Positions 11,345 through 24,239 of a DNA stretch of 64,000 bases are shown one piece after another. Source of the DNA: Haliotis rubra (lineage: Eukaryota). The stretch spans positions 558,001-622,000 of the forward strand of contig NW_025766981.1 in NCBI RefSeq assembly GCF_003918875.1, written 5' to 3'. The notes below the pieces were generated by a model, which saw only the letters and a list, made by a program, of their open reading frames with translations, made no database searches and was not told the origin of the DNA. Numbering within the stretch: position 1 is the first letter of the stretch; every line of letters starts with the position of its first letter. A program made the translations under genes and the position numbers.

Positions 11345-11586
11345 TTGGTTGGTTTGTTGTTTAACGCAACACTCAGCAATATTCCAGCTATATGGCGACA
11401 GTCTGTAAATAATCGAGTCTGTACCAGACATTCCAGTGATCAACAGCATGAGCATCGAGCTACTCAATTTGGATACGATGACATGTGTCAACCTAGTCAG
11501 CGAGTGTGACCACCTGATCCCGTTAGTAGCCTCTCATGACAAGCAGGGGTTGCTGAAGACCAATTCTAGCCGGCAACTTCATGGGT
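11345..11586 (-). mobile_element. Family B SINE downstream of the gene 1 stop
   Basis: Reverse-complement consensus match. Confidence 0.85.
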
Positions 11587-11964
11587 TGTTTCCAGGGCTG
11601 GGGAAGCAAGACAAGTCGGTTATTCTGACAAACTGTGGAACACGGGTGACTCGTCATTGGCACCACGATTCGCTGTTCAGAGTTGGATTAGTAGCGGTAA
11701 TCTGATCGTGGTTGGTGTAAACATTGGTGGGATCTGCCCATCACTTCACACATGGTTTCTGGACAATTCGTTTCAGCAACATCGAAGGAGAGATGTTAAA
11801 ATCCAGATATGCAATGAACACTTTTTTTCAATCAAATTGCGTGGTAACAGGGTTAAATAATATTGAAATCAGATATGACATGAGCTTTTTCGATGTTGGA
11901 TGCGTGATGATAAGTTGCGAAACAAACATCGTCAAGCTTACTTGCTAAGTGGGGCAAAATGGTG

Positions 11965-12437
11965 TGATTGATTGTTGATTGTTTGTTGTTTAACGCCACA
12001 CTCAGCAATATTCCAGCTGTACGGCCGCGTTCTGTTAATGATCAAGTCTGCGCCAGACAGTCCAGTGATCAACATTAATAGCATCGTTCTGTGAAGTTGA
12101 GATACTAGTTGTCATCCAAGTCAGTGAGCCTGACCACCAGTCACCACTATGTTAGTCTCGTACGAGAACCATTGTTGCTGAAGTCCAACCCGGAGAGAAG
12201 TGGATATGATTTTACGCTGCATTTATCACTATTCTTGGCACTTGATTACTGAGTGGGGACAACGTGCATTGGCTCAAAACATCGTACACGTATATGAAAA
12301 TGAAATCTATCTGCGCAATGGGGATACGATGACATGTGTCAACCGAGTCAGCGAACCTGACCACCCGATTCAGTTAGCCGCCTCTTACGACAAGCATGCG
12401 TTGCTGAAGACCGGTTCTAACCCGGATCTACACGGGT
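11965..12437 (-). mobile_element. Two family B SINE copies (11965-12192 and partial 12306-12437)
   Basis: Reverse-complement consensus matches. Confidence 0.8.
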
Positions 12438-13762
12438 TCAAAATGGATGTATTCAGCACTGTAGGTAACTGCAGTGCAGATGAATGAAGTATTATGTGTA
12501 GCAAACTATACCACCTTTATAACGAACTATTTGGGGGGTCCCGGCTACATGCTGCATATTTTTGTCGCATTACTACTACGGTTAAGACGAACTGAAATAG
12601 TGCTAACTTCTTGTTCGTTATAACCATAGTTAAATGTATATGTGTGGTTTCACGAATATATCACCCGGTAGGCAATATTTCAAGACTTCCGGGAAAGCGG
12701 GCTTCCACTGATACCATTCAAAGCGCTGTTAAAAAGAACCATTCACTCATTCACAGCGAGAAATTCGTAAAACAATCAATATCTCCTTTAATCAATGATG
12801 TCATTCATATAATTATTTCATGGATGTAAACTTAAGACACATGTGCATCTAAACACCAACTGAGTTGTAATTTGAGTGAGTGGGGTAAACTTTAATATCA
12901 CATTTGCCAGGATTCACAGTATTCAGGTGGTGTTAAGTTTCTTTCCTCTGTGATAAATATTGTTTTGTAGCTCAGTTTTATGAAGGGCTTACAATAGGTA
13001 AAGAGTTTTTTTCACCAGACCATCCTAAATATTTTCACGTACATGTCTATATTTAGAAATAAAGATGTTTTTACTGGAAGAGTTATTTTGAAACGAAAGG
13101 ATTGCAAGAGGGTGATGACAAAGATGTGACAATGACGTGACGTCGAATCTGGTTTGTTTCAAGGTCGAATGCAAATCGCCGACCTTCCTATCATCTACAT
13201 GAAGTGTTTCTCTCAATTATTTAATTTACATTTCATGAACGTTTACGATATTGCATTTAGCTTGTTGAAAACACCAAGCACTTTTCGGGATGACCACACA
13301 ACGCTTCATCATTCTGCATTACGGAAGTGTCAGAAGGGCTGTGTTGCAGGCACCAAACCCGGGTACTAATGACAGTCAAGAAGTTTGGAGATACCAAACC
13401 TAAGACACCAGGAATAATGGTGACTTGGATAAATTTGTATTTGGGATACAAGCAAGTTTTTTCGCAAGCAAAGTCCACATGTGTGCCATGTTTGATTTTG
13501 GGAATCACATTTCTGACAGAAAAAATCAATGATGTTATTATTTTCTTATAAATAAACGACAAGGTCAGGTTGTTGGTTTGGATACGTTTGAGGCTGTGTA
13601 CGGGTCTATTCGAAAGAATTTTATAATTATCGTTTTCTATGACGTCCTCTACAAATTCTGGATTGTAACATTGATGGACTTCTGGAGTCAAAACCAAAGA
13701 CACGACGAAGACGCTAATAAAAGGATCGAACCACGCCGTCATGTCATGTTAGATAATAGGAC

Positions 13763-13921
13763 TGGTGTGTTAGCCCAGTGGTTAAAGCGTTCGCTCGTCA
13801 CGCTGAAGACCCGGGTTCGACTACCCACATGGGTAGAATGTGTGAAGCCCATTTCTGATGTCCCCCACTGTGATATTGCTGGAATATTGCTAAAAGCGGC
13901 GTAAAACTAAACTCACTCACC
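13763..13921 (+). mobile_element. tRNA-derived SINE (family A)
   Basis: A/B boxes; tail gctggaatattgctaaaagcggcgtaaaactaaactcactc. Confidence 0.88.
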
Positions 13922-14699
13922 ATAAGATAACATTGTGTCTGTGTCAACGCTGGGAATACATCAACAAGGTGTTACACAATATCGTTACATTCATTACATA
14001 TTCCACGTTTCATATTTACAAAATCACATTGACACATTGGTTGGAAGTGACTGGTCCTGAAAAACAATCAGAAAGCCTTCTGTTTACATCTCACCCGACT
14101 TCATCCAGTACCCAGGAGGGCTGCTCTTCGTCTAAACATACTGAACAAAACTCGGTACAGAGGTCGTTCCTTGAGCCTTCCTTCTGTGCCGAGGTTACAA
14201 GTCACTTCACTTGGTTGACACGCATCTCTGCATCAGTACAGAAGCATCAAAGAAAACCACCACTGACACTGACATTGTCATTGATGTCTCCAACATCTTT
14301 GACTCTTTTCAGATAACTGGAATGCCTTGTTTGTATTTCCTTGTGACACGCTTCGCAAGAGAATTATCAGACAAATAAAGTGTACAATAACATTCTGTCA
14401 TGAAGATCCACACCCTCCCATTATGAATGATACAAATAACCGATTGATTGAAGAGTTCATATGGTGGCATGTACTCTGACATGCTTCTCCATATGAGCGT
14501 GTCAGACAGTGCTCTTAATTTCTTGTTTCGCCGACTCAACGATACCTAAAGAATATGAGAGGACGGGCACAGCATTAGTATTTGTGGCTTGGACTTAAAT
14601 GCGAACTGTTCTGAAATCCACAAATTTTCTTTTGTCTGCTTTTGTATTCTGCTCGAAATTTGTCCCTATGTGGGCACCCTGAGGTTTGTCTCTAATCTG

Positions 14700-15100
14700 T
14701 ACCATAGGCCTGTCTGTTAACGAGACGGCCAATAAAAACACCCCGAGGAATACAGACTGACCCTCCTTCTCCCATGAATGTTACGTACATCTGAAATGAG
14801 TTCTGAGGCCATCATCTGGCCTTGCTGGTCCATCTCAAGTTGAGTTGACCGCCAGTTCAATAAAAACTGAAGTAACAACAATCGTTCGGGGAGGTCAATG
14901 CATTCTTGTGATCCCAAAATCAATTCGTGAGGTACAGAATCGTAGGCTTTTCTGTAGTCTATCCAACACATTGAGATGTTACTGTGGCAAATGTTTACCT
15001 CTTCAAGGATCATTTTATGAACCAGTAAATCATCTTTGCAACGCCAGCATCCCTTTCCGGCTCATCTCTGCTCCATGTGAATAATTGGCGGTGCTGTATC
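14700..15100 (-). mobile_element. Decayed non-LTR retrotransposon RT fragment (R4/Dong-like)
   Basis: EQR..RKG....CKDDLLVHKMILEE...SMCWIDYRKAYDSVPHELIL, with frameshifts. Confidence 0.7.
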
Positions 15101-15189
15101 CGAGCATCCCCTTAAGAGTTTACATGACTGATTTAAGTGGCACTAACAAGACACAAATATCACCTACAAGACATTGATAACATCAGCCA

Positions 15190-15350
15190 GAGTGGTGGGA
15201 TAGCCCAGTGGTTAGAGCGTCCAATCGTCACACCGAAGACCCGTGTTCGATTCCCCACATGGGTACAATGTGTGAAGCCTATTTCTGGTCTTCCCCGCCG
15301 TGATATTGCTGGAATATTGCCATAAGCGGCGTAAACCCAACTCACTCGCT
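15190..15350 (+). mobile_element. tRNA-derived SINE (family A)
   Basis: A/B boxes and shared tail. Confidence 0.85.
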
Positions 15351-15559
15351 GACATCACGCAGTCATCTAGACCCAACAAATTCCAGACTTGCACTTAAAG
15401 TGAAAATTGAACTCTATATATTTACTCCTCAAAATCCCATATCTTAAATTACCGTTACCTTTATACTTCATATTATATCAGTAGGTTTTATAGAACTATA
15501 TACTGGTTTTATAGAACAGGGCACTTTCCACGACCTAGAGTAAGATCACTGGAAAACTA

Positions 15560-17091
15560 TTCTGAGTCAAAAAAGAAACTTCACATTCTTTCTTCAGGGC
15601 ACTATAAAAGAACAAGAGATGGTAAGATGGTTAAATTGTTATTATTTCATTGCTGAGATCTGTGTGATGTACTCGATACACTGACAGTGCCATAATCAGT
15701 TCCATTAGGCTACACCGCCGTTCCAAAACATGGGTATACAGAATGTCAAGTCACAAGAATAAAAATGCGAAATTTCTCAGTTCAATATCGTGTATGGCCG
15801 CCCCGCGCATTCACCACTGCCAAACACCGTCTCCTCATCGACTGCCTGATGCTTTTGAACACGTGGTTGGGGATTCTTCGCCATTGCTCTTGCAAGGCAG
15901 CGCCAAGTTCCTGCAAATTCTGAGGTTGGTTCCTAAGACCACGAAGCCTTCTCCCAAGTGCATCCCAAACGTGCTCTATTGGATTAATGTCAGGGGACCT
16001 CGATCGCCAGTCCCTGACGTTGATTCCAGCGTTTTGAAGGAAATTTCGTGTCAACATCGCGGTATGCGGCCGAGCATTATCATGCTGGAACTGTAGACCT
16101 GGGCCATGAGCCGCCATGAAAGGAACGAGTTCAGGGGTGAGCACCTGGTCGCGGTAAGCAGCAGCTGTGAGGTTTCCACGGATGACCAGAAGTCGGGAAC
16201 GGTTGTTCCCACAGAAAGCACCCCACACCATGCAACTTCCGCCCCCGAATCTGTCGACTTCCTGTACACAACATTGGGCATACCGTTCACTACGTCGTCT
16301 CCAGACTCTATGCCTGCCGTCCGCGAATCTGAGGGTAAACCTGGATTCATCGCTAAAGACGACTCGATTCCAGTCTCTCTGGGTCCATCGGAGGTGACGT
16401 TGGGCCCACAGCAGACGTTGACGTTGATGAAACGGCGTCAATATTGGCTCACGATATGGACGTCGAGAATGGAGATTGGCAGCCCGCAACCGATTTCGAA
16501 TGGTCTGTGAGGACAGTCGACCTCTAAACATCTCAGCCCTGGTTCGTGTAGCCGGCAGAAATCTGTCACGTAGGTGACGTAGGACGATTTGACGGTCTTC
16601 TGCTCGTGACGTTCACGTGGACGACCCGACCTTGGGCGATCAGAAGTGGTGCCAGTTTGTTGTAGACGACCTCGCAAGTCATACACAGTACGACGGCTGC
16701 ATCCCATTTCTCTTGCTACGTCAATAACTGATCTTCCCGCTTGCAACATGCCAAAGGCACGTTCATGTTGCACATTTGACAGTCGTGACATTTCAAGTAC
16801 CGTTAGAACTGTGGTTTAAATGTGTTTTTTTCAATTCTTGAGGCCAATGCAAACACGTGCATATGAAGAAAACTTCGATGCGAAGATCACGTGATCGACT
16901 GCACGTGCAAAACCTGATTTGGCACTAACGTCATTTGCACGACGAATGGATGGGTTTGAGTGGCTTTTGCTAACGTTTTTTTAGAGGCGACAGATAGGGA
17001 TCCCATTTCGGATACATAGATGTATCATCAGAGAAAAATTATTCATTATTTTTCAAATTACATTTTGTGAAGTTTCTTTTTTGACTCAGTA
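15560..17091 (-). mobile_element. Tc1-family (DD34E) DNA transposon, full length ~1.53 kb
   Basis: TIRs t(a/t)ctgagtcaaaaaagaaacttcaca and tgtgaagtttcttttttgactcagta, TA flanks, transposase on the minus strand. Confidence 0.93.
15782..16791 (-). pseudogene. Tc1 transposase with a single frameshift near 16613
   Basis: HTH N-terminus with the RSGRPR linker, VVFSDESRF, FQHDNARPH and SPDINPIEHVW (34 residues between the second D and E). The frame break follows GRPR. Confidence 0.92.
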
Positions 17092-18924
17092 TATATACAC
17101 GATGTATTAATATATCTTCACTCACACACAATACTTGAGGCAATGTGAAGGTTGCCTGTCGGATGTCACATGCTCATTGTTTGGTCTCGCTATCTCAGTG
17201 TGTTATCTCAAGCCACTGTAGCACACTGGTGAATGTTGTGTCATATTTTTTCAATAGGATTGCCCATGTGATGTTATATCATGTGATGGAATTTGTGAGG
17301 ATATCTACAGTAGTGGACTGAGCACTACATAACATACAACATGGAAACAGAACCGCTCCTGCCAAAAAGGGGAGGATTCTCCTGAATCTGGAGATCGGAA
17401 ATCTCATGTGAAGAATCTCCTCTTTGGAAATATGATATTATTCATGTTGGTTACAGGGGGAATGATGTACATGCAAGTGATGAGCCAGTATGTCTACAAA
17501 CGGGTGACAGAGGACTTGTTTCGTAATCAAACTCTGGCGGGAAAAGGCCCAATGAATCAAACATGTTACCTGAACACGTCAAACCCAGACTACATCCTTC
17601 AGGAGAAGGCACAGCAGATCGCCGCAGACAAACAAATGCAGTTCACCATTGTAAAAAGTAGTCTAGCCATCGTCATTAACATTATGCTTGGTGCCTACTC
17701 AGACTCTGTTGGTCGTAAGCTCCTCTTTGCAGCACCTCTGACTGGTCAGTTTTTGAAATTCGGAATTTCATCAGTCATTATGTACTGGAACTTGGATATC
17801 AATTTGTTTTTTGTAGCAGAAGGTATAGGCGGAATAACAGGAGGCTATTTCGCTTTTCTGATTGCATCGTATGCCTATGCTGCTGACAACACCCCAGCAA
17901 CAGGTGCGCGAACCATGGGCATAGCCTTCGTGGAGTTCTTTTGAGAACATAGGAGCTGCTGCCTCAGCCACAGCAACAGGCTACTTCATCCAAGACGTGA
18001 ACTTCTTCTACCCGACACTCACTGCCACGCTGATCGTTCTTCTGGATCTTATATTGGTGGTGACTCTACTGCCAGAGAGAAAGAGACCTAAAAGAGCAAA
18101 GAGCAAATGGATTACACCTCTAGAAGGATGTCGACGAGTCTTCGGATTTTATGTTTTGGAAGGTAGTATACGGAAGCGAATATGCTTCGTATTAGCTATC
18201 TTGATATTCGTTTTTACAGCCTTGCCAGCCGTTGGGTCATCTAATATTGACATCCTTTTTAAACTGAACCTTCCATTTTGCTGGACCCCAGAGAAAATAG
18301 GTTACTACAGTACAATCGGCTCTGTAGCACAACAGGTGATCGGTGTTCCGTTGACGCGACTGTTACAGTGTTGCTGTATCGATGAGGTGATCGGAGTGAT
18401 TGATTTACTGGCGATGGGAGCAGCAGAAGGCCTACAGTCAATTGCAAGCACAGACTGGATGATGTATGGGCGTAAGTACATTGTGAAATATGACCGACAA
18501 ATATATCATTCTGAGGACCTGTGATTTTGATTAAATGTAATCCGGTTCTACTTTTGGCACACTGATATTTAATTAATTATGGATGGCATTTTAAATGGAC
18601 GAGTTTGTAATCATATATGCTGAAAATTGATGAAAAGATGTTATTTCCCCGGAATAGCCCAAATCCATTATTATTGAAACTCTTCAGTACAAATTATGTT
18701 TCTCTTTTAAAGATTAATATACTACCTTGGCTCTGACACATAAAAACGCTCAATAGTTCGAATTATAGAGTTGTTTTTTATTCATAACACTAATGTTAGT
18801 ATCATGTTCTTCCAGTTGCCGGCATCAAGATCCCTGCTGCCACAATGTTCCCAATCGTCCGCTCCATCATGTCCCGGTTAGCTCCAGCTAACAAGCAAGG
18901 TCAGTACGTATATGGAGAATGTTC

Positions 18925-19322
18925 GGAATATAAAGAGAACCTCAGCCGAGTATCTTTTGATAGCAAATATATCACCACGAGTTGATAAAGTTACAAATAT
19001 CCGAGGCTTGCCGAGGATATTTTTACTTTTATCAACGAGTGTTGATATATTTGATATCAGGAGACACGAGGGTGAGATTCTCTTTATCATCAAATTCACT
19101 CTTCATTAGTTTTCAATGAAAAATGTACATCTCTGATCACAGTACTGCCATTAGACTTACAGTGCAGCGATGGCATAGCATTGTGACGTAATCAAGTTCA
19201 TGACGTCATAGCATTGTCAGGGCATTATTCTAAATCCAACTGTCAAAATGACATCTCCTGGGAGATATCGTTTCATCTCACACAAGCAATATCTCCTGTG
19301 GAACACAGTTTTGGATGAAAAA
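18925..19322. mobile_element. Hairpin-bearing non-autonomous DNA element (Crypton-like, tentative) in gene 2 intron 2
   Basis: ~155-bp imperfect palindrome (taaagagaacctcagcc ... ggtgagattctcttta) centred on ccgaggcttgccgagg. Confidence 0.55.
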
Positions 19323-19661
19323 TCACATATCCAAGGAGGGTCCTTCACTCCTAGTCTATGAAATCAGACTTTTGGCTCCGTCTGAACAGAAAGAAAACAT
19401 ACATTGTAGGTTCCTTGTAAGCATTCATTCTGTTGTTCATATTCCACACGTTTTGAGTAAATCCATGCGTATAGTTTGATAATTCCCCAAAGGGACTCGT
19501 GTCGGTAAAGGCCGACAGCATCTTTTTACAAAATCTTGTGTTCAGAGGTTTGTCAGACCCAATGTCCAGGTAGATTACGGACATTGTACCCTGACACCTG
19601 TTTATTCGATCAGTCACTGAATTGCCTAACGAGCGCCCAACAAGCCATCCTGGTATAGATA

Positions 19662-19899
19662 GTTGGTTGGTTGGTTGTTTAACGCTGCACTCAGCAGTAT
19701 TCCAGCTACATGACGGCAGTCTGTAAATAATCGTGTCTGGACCAGACAATCCAGTGATCAACATCATGAGCATCGATCTACGCAACTCGGAGACGATAGC
19801 GTGTGTCAACCACGTCAGCGAGTCTGACCACCCGATCCCGTTAGTCGCTTCTTACGTCAAGCATTGATTGCTGCTGAATTCTAAGCCGGATCTTCGTGG
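19662..19899 (-). mobile_element. Family B SINE in gene 2 intron 2
   Basis: Reverse-complement consensus match. Confidence 0.85.
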
Positions 19900-21891
19900 T
19901 GTAATATATAATTATGGAAGAAAGTACTACTGAAAGGTAGCCTCTTACAACAAGCATACGGGTACAGTACAGATGAAATATTGCTGACATCTGAATAAAG
20001 CTGTAATATTGTTGCAGGTTCTCTGTTCGCCAGTATAGCGGTGGTGGAGACGATGTGCTCGTTGGTGGGGACGTCTGTCTTCAGTGACATCTACCAGTAC
20101 ACCGTGGTGGTATGGAGAGGGATGGTTTTCGCCGTCATGGGAAGCATACACGTCACCGGTGCCATTGTTCTTGTGTGGGTATTTAAAGCGCTTCCTTTAC
20201 TATATACACAACCCCAAAACCGGTTTTAAACAGATTATTTCTGTCAACTGATTGAAAAGTGTTTTAACAATATTCCAATCCGTGGATGTTGAGTTGACCG
20301 CTGGACAACGCGGCAGGTAGTAGGAGGCGACCAAAGAAATTGAGTTCTCAGATAACCTGACTTTGTTGCTTGCTTGTAATAGTTTCTAGGTATTCATCAT
20401 TCCTCTTGTGGATTTTGACACTTACTTCTTTAAGTAATAAAACCCAAACTTTCATATCAAAGTGAATGAATCGTTGTGGCCATGATCATTTACAATAGTA
20501 AAAAGTTACATATTATTATCACCGTTCTGTCCCTTTTGCTAATCCAATAAAGGATGTAATTGTCACGCCGAGTCTTTGTTTCAGGATCTATATATTCGTG
20601 TCCAAACCGATCAGACAGAAGCGAGATGTTCTGAAGGTTCAGCGCGATGTTCAGCAGGATCACCCTGAGGTTCCACATGTTCAGCGCGTGGTTACGGTGC
20701 ATCAAGGGACGCAGACTGACGTAACCGTTGATCCAGACAAGGACGTGCATGCACAGTCGGCGGCAGGCCTGGAGGTGGCAGAGGTCACCCGTGCGGGCAT
20801 ACACGTGCATGTTCAGTCAGAGTTTGGCGAAGAGGATGGATTCTTTATTACAAAGGACTAGAAAACTTCATGACACCAACAAGACTCCTGACTGCGACAA
20901 GAGGGGAAATGTTCCCATTTTGACATTGCGCTTCAAGGACAGACTGTACAGACATACCCCACAGTGCTTTCATTACATGTTTGTTGTGGACAATGTACAG
21001 GAACAATTATCACTCATGTTTTAAAAAGTTACATTTGTAATGCAATGGATCATATGTTTGTTTTACAAAAAGGACCAATTATAAATGCACGAGACATTAC
21101 ATTATTAACGTAAACTACATGACAATAGGCCCTCTATATACTACAGTTATATTACACAACGTTGTCTACAGGGTTTTTTAAAATTCTCTAAGTAAGTATA
21201 TTTTTTAAATTGCAACTGTACAGATATTTAGACTATTTTTAAACATACTGATGATCGCTTTTACAGTAATGTGTGATTATGTAATTTCATATGGTCACGA
21301 AGAACAGAGAGGAAGGGAAACTTACAGCAACATAACACCTTCAAGCTGCTGGTTCAGTGGCTGTTCAAGTTCTCTCCAGAAACCATTAATAACGTCACAA
21401 TCAATCCAACCAATGAATATCCTTTTAACTTGAGGATTTACAACACACAAAAAAACACCACCATCGTTCATTTTCCACAAATACCTTTTTGTATTATATA
21501 TCACACATGATCTTATGCATAAATTTATACTGACATTATGTTAAGTGTCTCTTGTACAGTTTCTACCTTATATTACGCTAACAATTGTGTTATTGCCTCG
21601 TTTCTGCATGTACTTATTTTATTGTCACACTTAGTTCAAATCAACTGTGCAGCATTAATTTCCTTTGGTATAATAAAGCCTCGTCCTATTTTCTCATCTT
21701 TTAGATTAATTTCCAACATCCTTCCCCACAAGACTGTATGTCAACTGTACTTGTCGCATATATTGGGCACATTACCTGTTCTAATTTAGATATCTTAACA
21801 TTGTCTGCCCACATGTACTTTACTTTCATTTTATGTTAATGAAAGAGCCAGACATGCTTTTGTAACATCGATCTTAATGGAATTTATTTTG

Positions 21892-22235
21892 ATATTTACC
21901 AAGCTGTTTATAACGAATCTGATTGTTAAAAGTGATTATCAAACCACATAGGTTCCATAATTTCCTGATAAGCTTATTCATACCACATCTTTCACATCAG
22001 ATATTTCATGCTAACTGTTGAATTTTGTCCCAGTATTTAATACTTTGAAAATCCAAAATGGATTTAGGTTCATATTTACCAAGCTGTTTATGACAGCTCT
22101 GATTGTTTAATGTGATTATCAAACCACACATTAATTATTTCTCATAATTTTATTTATATCACATTTATCAAATCAAATATTTCATATTTACTCCTGAATT
22201 TTGCCCCAGTATTTAATACTTTGAAAATCCAAAAT
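21892..22235. repeat. ~180-bp tandem duplication in the gene 2-3 spacer
   Basis: atatttaccaagctgttta...tactttgaaaatccaaaatg occurs twice; single copy in the other spacers. Confidence 0.8.
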
Positions 22236-22786
22236 GCGTTATCGATATGACAATACATTATTTTATTTTTATATTAAACTAATGACAAGCAGCTTCATCA
22301 TGTGGCCTGACATTTCTTTAGATAAGTAAAGATTGTCTAAATCAGCTCGGATGCTTGATGCTGTTCCATCTAAGGTACTTCGATATCATCAGAATCTATG
22401 TACGAGCCTAGTATCAGTATTTTGAATATTTATCCCATTATAAGTTCTGAACATATTACGGAAAATGTAAGCCACAAAAAGGAAGAGATTTACATAGAGA
22501 GAGGACACCTTGCCTGCATCCTCTTTCATTATGAATGGATATGGATAAATACAGGATCCAAACACGCCTAAAGTAGAAATGGCCCAGAAAACTTACAGAT
22601 CGTAGAATTGAAAACAGCTAGACTAAAATAAGTTAGTTTGTGCTTATTACTAAAGAAGATCTAGACTCATAAAACAACCGCTTTGCACAACATCCGTTAC
22701 ATCCTTACAACCTAACCAGATATCCTTGTCACATGTACACAACATTCGATTACTTACATTTACTTATCAGTTACTCAGCAGTATTA

Positions 22787-23366
22787 CAATGCCGTCCGGT
22801 AATTCCGCGCACCTAACGACATCGATCGCAACACGGCAACTAACGTCTCTTATTTTTTGTGGTTTACATGACTAAACATGCTGGTATGCATCATATTTAC
22901 CTAGAAATACAAGATTTATTGACGACTATAAGATTCTAACGTTGCATTATGCCATATGGTTGACCTTACCGGCGTTCTGACGATATCACTTGCTGTCCGG
23001 TAATTCTGCGCAGCAACTGATGCGCATAACATCCAGTTGGAGATCCAAAGTATGGGAGCGTATTAGGGCCAGATTATTTTCAAAATCATTTCATCAATGT
23101 AAGGAAGAGAGTTTGATATTAAATCCATAATGAATAATTTAGAAAAAGGTCTAAAGATCTGAAGAAAACGAATTTTCATAAAACTGTCAATTTATGTGTC
23201 AATTACTGTTATTTACTTACCTTTAGTGATTAAAAGCCAGTCCCTTGTAGAAATGTCCTGATTTCAAGCGCAAATGTGGTAGCAGACGATGTTGACCTTC
23301 GATACGGAAGTACGCTAGTGCACCTGCGCAGAATTGCCGGACGCGTGGAATTACTGGACTCGCTTG
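22787..23366. mobile_element. MITE with TA TSD (Tc1/mariner-pogo type), 580 bp
   Basis: Imperfect TIRs caatgccgtccggtaattccgcgc and gcgtggaattactggactcgcttg, with subterminal copies. Absent at paralogous sites ~33118, ~34562 and ~43449. Confidence 0.8.
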
Positions 23367-23961
23367 TACAATTCCCTAACTACTGACAGAGTTGACATTA
23401 GTCATCGCTTCCGGAAACTAGAGTTATCCCCCTTAGACTATGTCGGTCACTGACACTGGGTTGCTGTATTTGTCCGACATACCAAGCTGTTTACTCATGA
23501 TTCCGAGAAACACTTTTGTACCTTTTGTCCGACAATAACTGGATTTAATTAACACATGCAACACAAACTCAGCCGTGCGGTCACTGTTCAGTATGGTGAT
23601 TACAACAGTGTGTATTAAAATTGTTGGAAATAGTAACTCACTGTTAGAAAATACGGAAATATTGTTCAAACTGCCGTGAAAACAAACTCACTCAAAAACT
23701 GGAAATTAAACATTATTGAAGCATGCGTCCACCATTTAATATCTTAACAGTTGCCCTGGTTGTGTTTCTTGGTTTGCTATCAGTCCTCGTGGGTTACAGC
23801 AATTTTGATAAAGCTGGAATATTGCTGAGTGCGGCGTTAAACAACAATCAATCTATCTACCTCCAACAATTTGGTCAAGGTTAACACCCGCATCACATTG
23901 TGGCGTTTTACAACAAGCTGACGCTGATTTTTTATCTCATACAAAAGTCCAAGAGACGTAA

Positions 23962-24239
23962 ACCCGTGAAGATCCGGGTTAGAATTGATCTTCAGTAACC
24001 TGCTTGTAGTAAGAGGCGACTAATGGGATCGGGTGGTCAGGCTCGCTGACTTGGTTGAAATATGTCATCGTATCCCAATTGTTTAGATCGATGCTCATGT
24101 TGTTGATCACAGAAATGTCTGGTCCAGACTCAATTATTTACAGACCGCCGCCATATAGCTGGAATATTGTTGAGTGCAGCGTAAAACTAAACTCGTTCAC
24201 TCACTCACTCACTCAATCACTCACTCACTCATTGACCTA
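23962..24239 (+). mobile_element. Family B SINE upstream of gene 3
   Basis: TSD aagagacgtaa at 23951-23961 and 24240-24250; empty sites in the paralogous spacers. Confidence 0.9.

Larger units (their letters stand above)
17341..20861 (+). pseudogene. SLC46-family paralog 2 with two +1 frameshifts (pseudogene or assembly error); exons 17341-18471, 18816-18899, 20018-20174, 20585-20861; ~548 aa if corrected
   Basis: METEPLL start. Extra A in the A5 run at 17364-17368 and extra T in the T4 run at 17939-17942 relative to paralogs. Otherwise no stops, splice sites intact, and corrected exon 1 is 1129 bp as in paralogs 3-5. Confidence 0.8.

Noticed and set aside
13257-13742. 161-aa minus-strand ORF
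   Set aside because: No recognisable motif or splice context; consistent with chance.
17360-17945. Programmed ribosomal frameshifting in gene 2
   Set aside because: It would need two +1 shifts, there is no canonical slippery heptamer, and the paralogs lack the extra bases.
23418-23436. Recurrent motif actagagttatccccctt as a regulatory site
   Set aside because: Most occurrences come from duplicated spacer blocks; it may be an old TE motif, but no boundaries or function can be supported.
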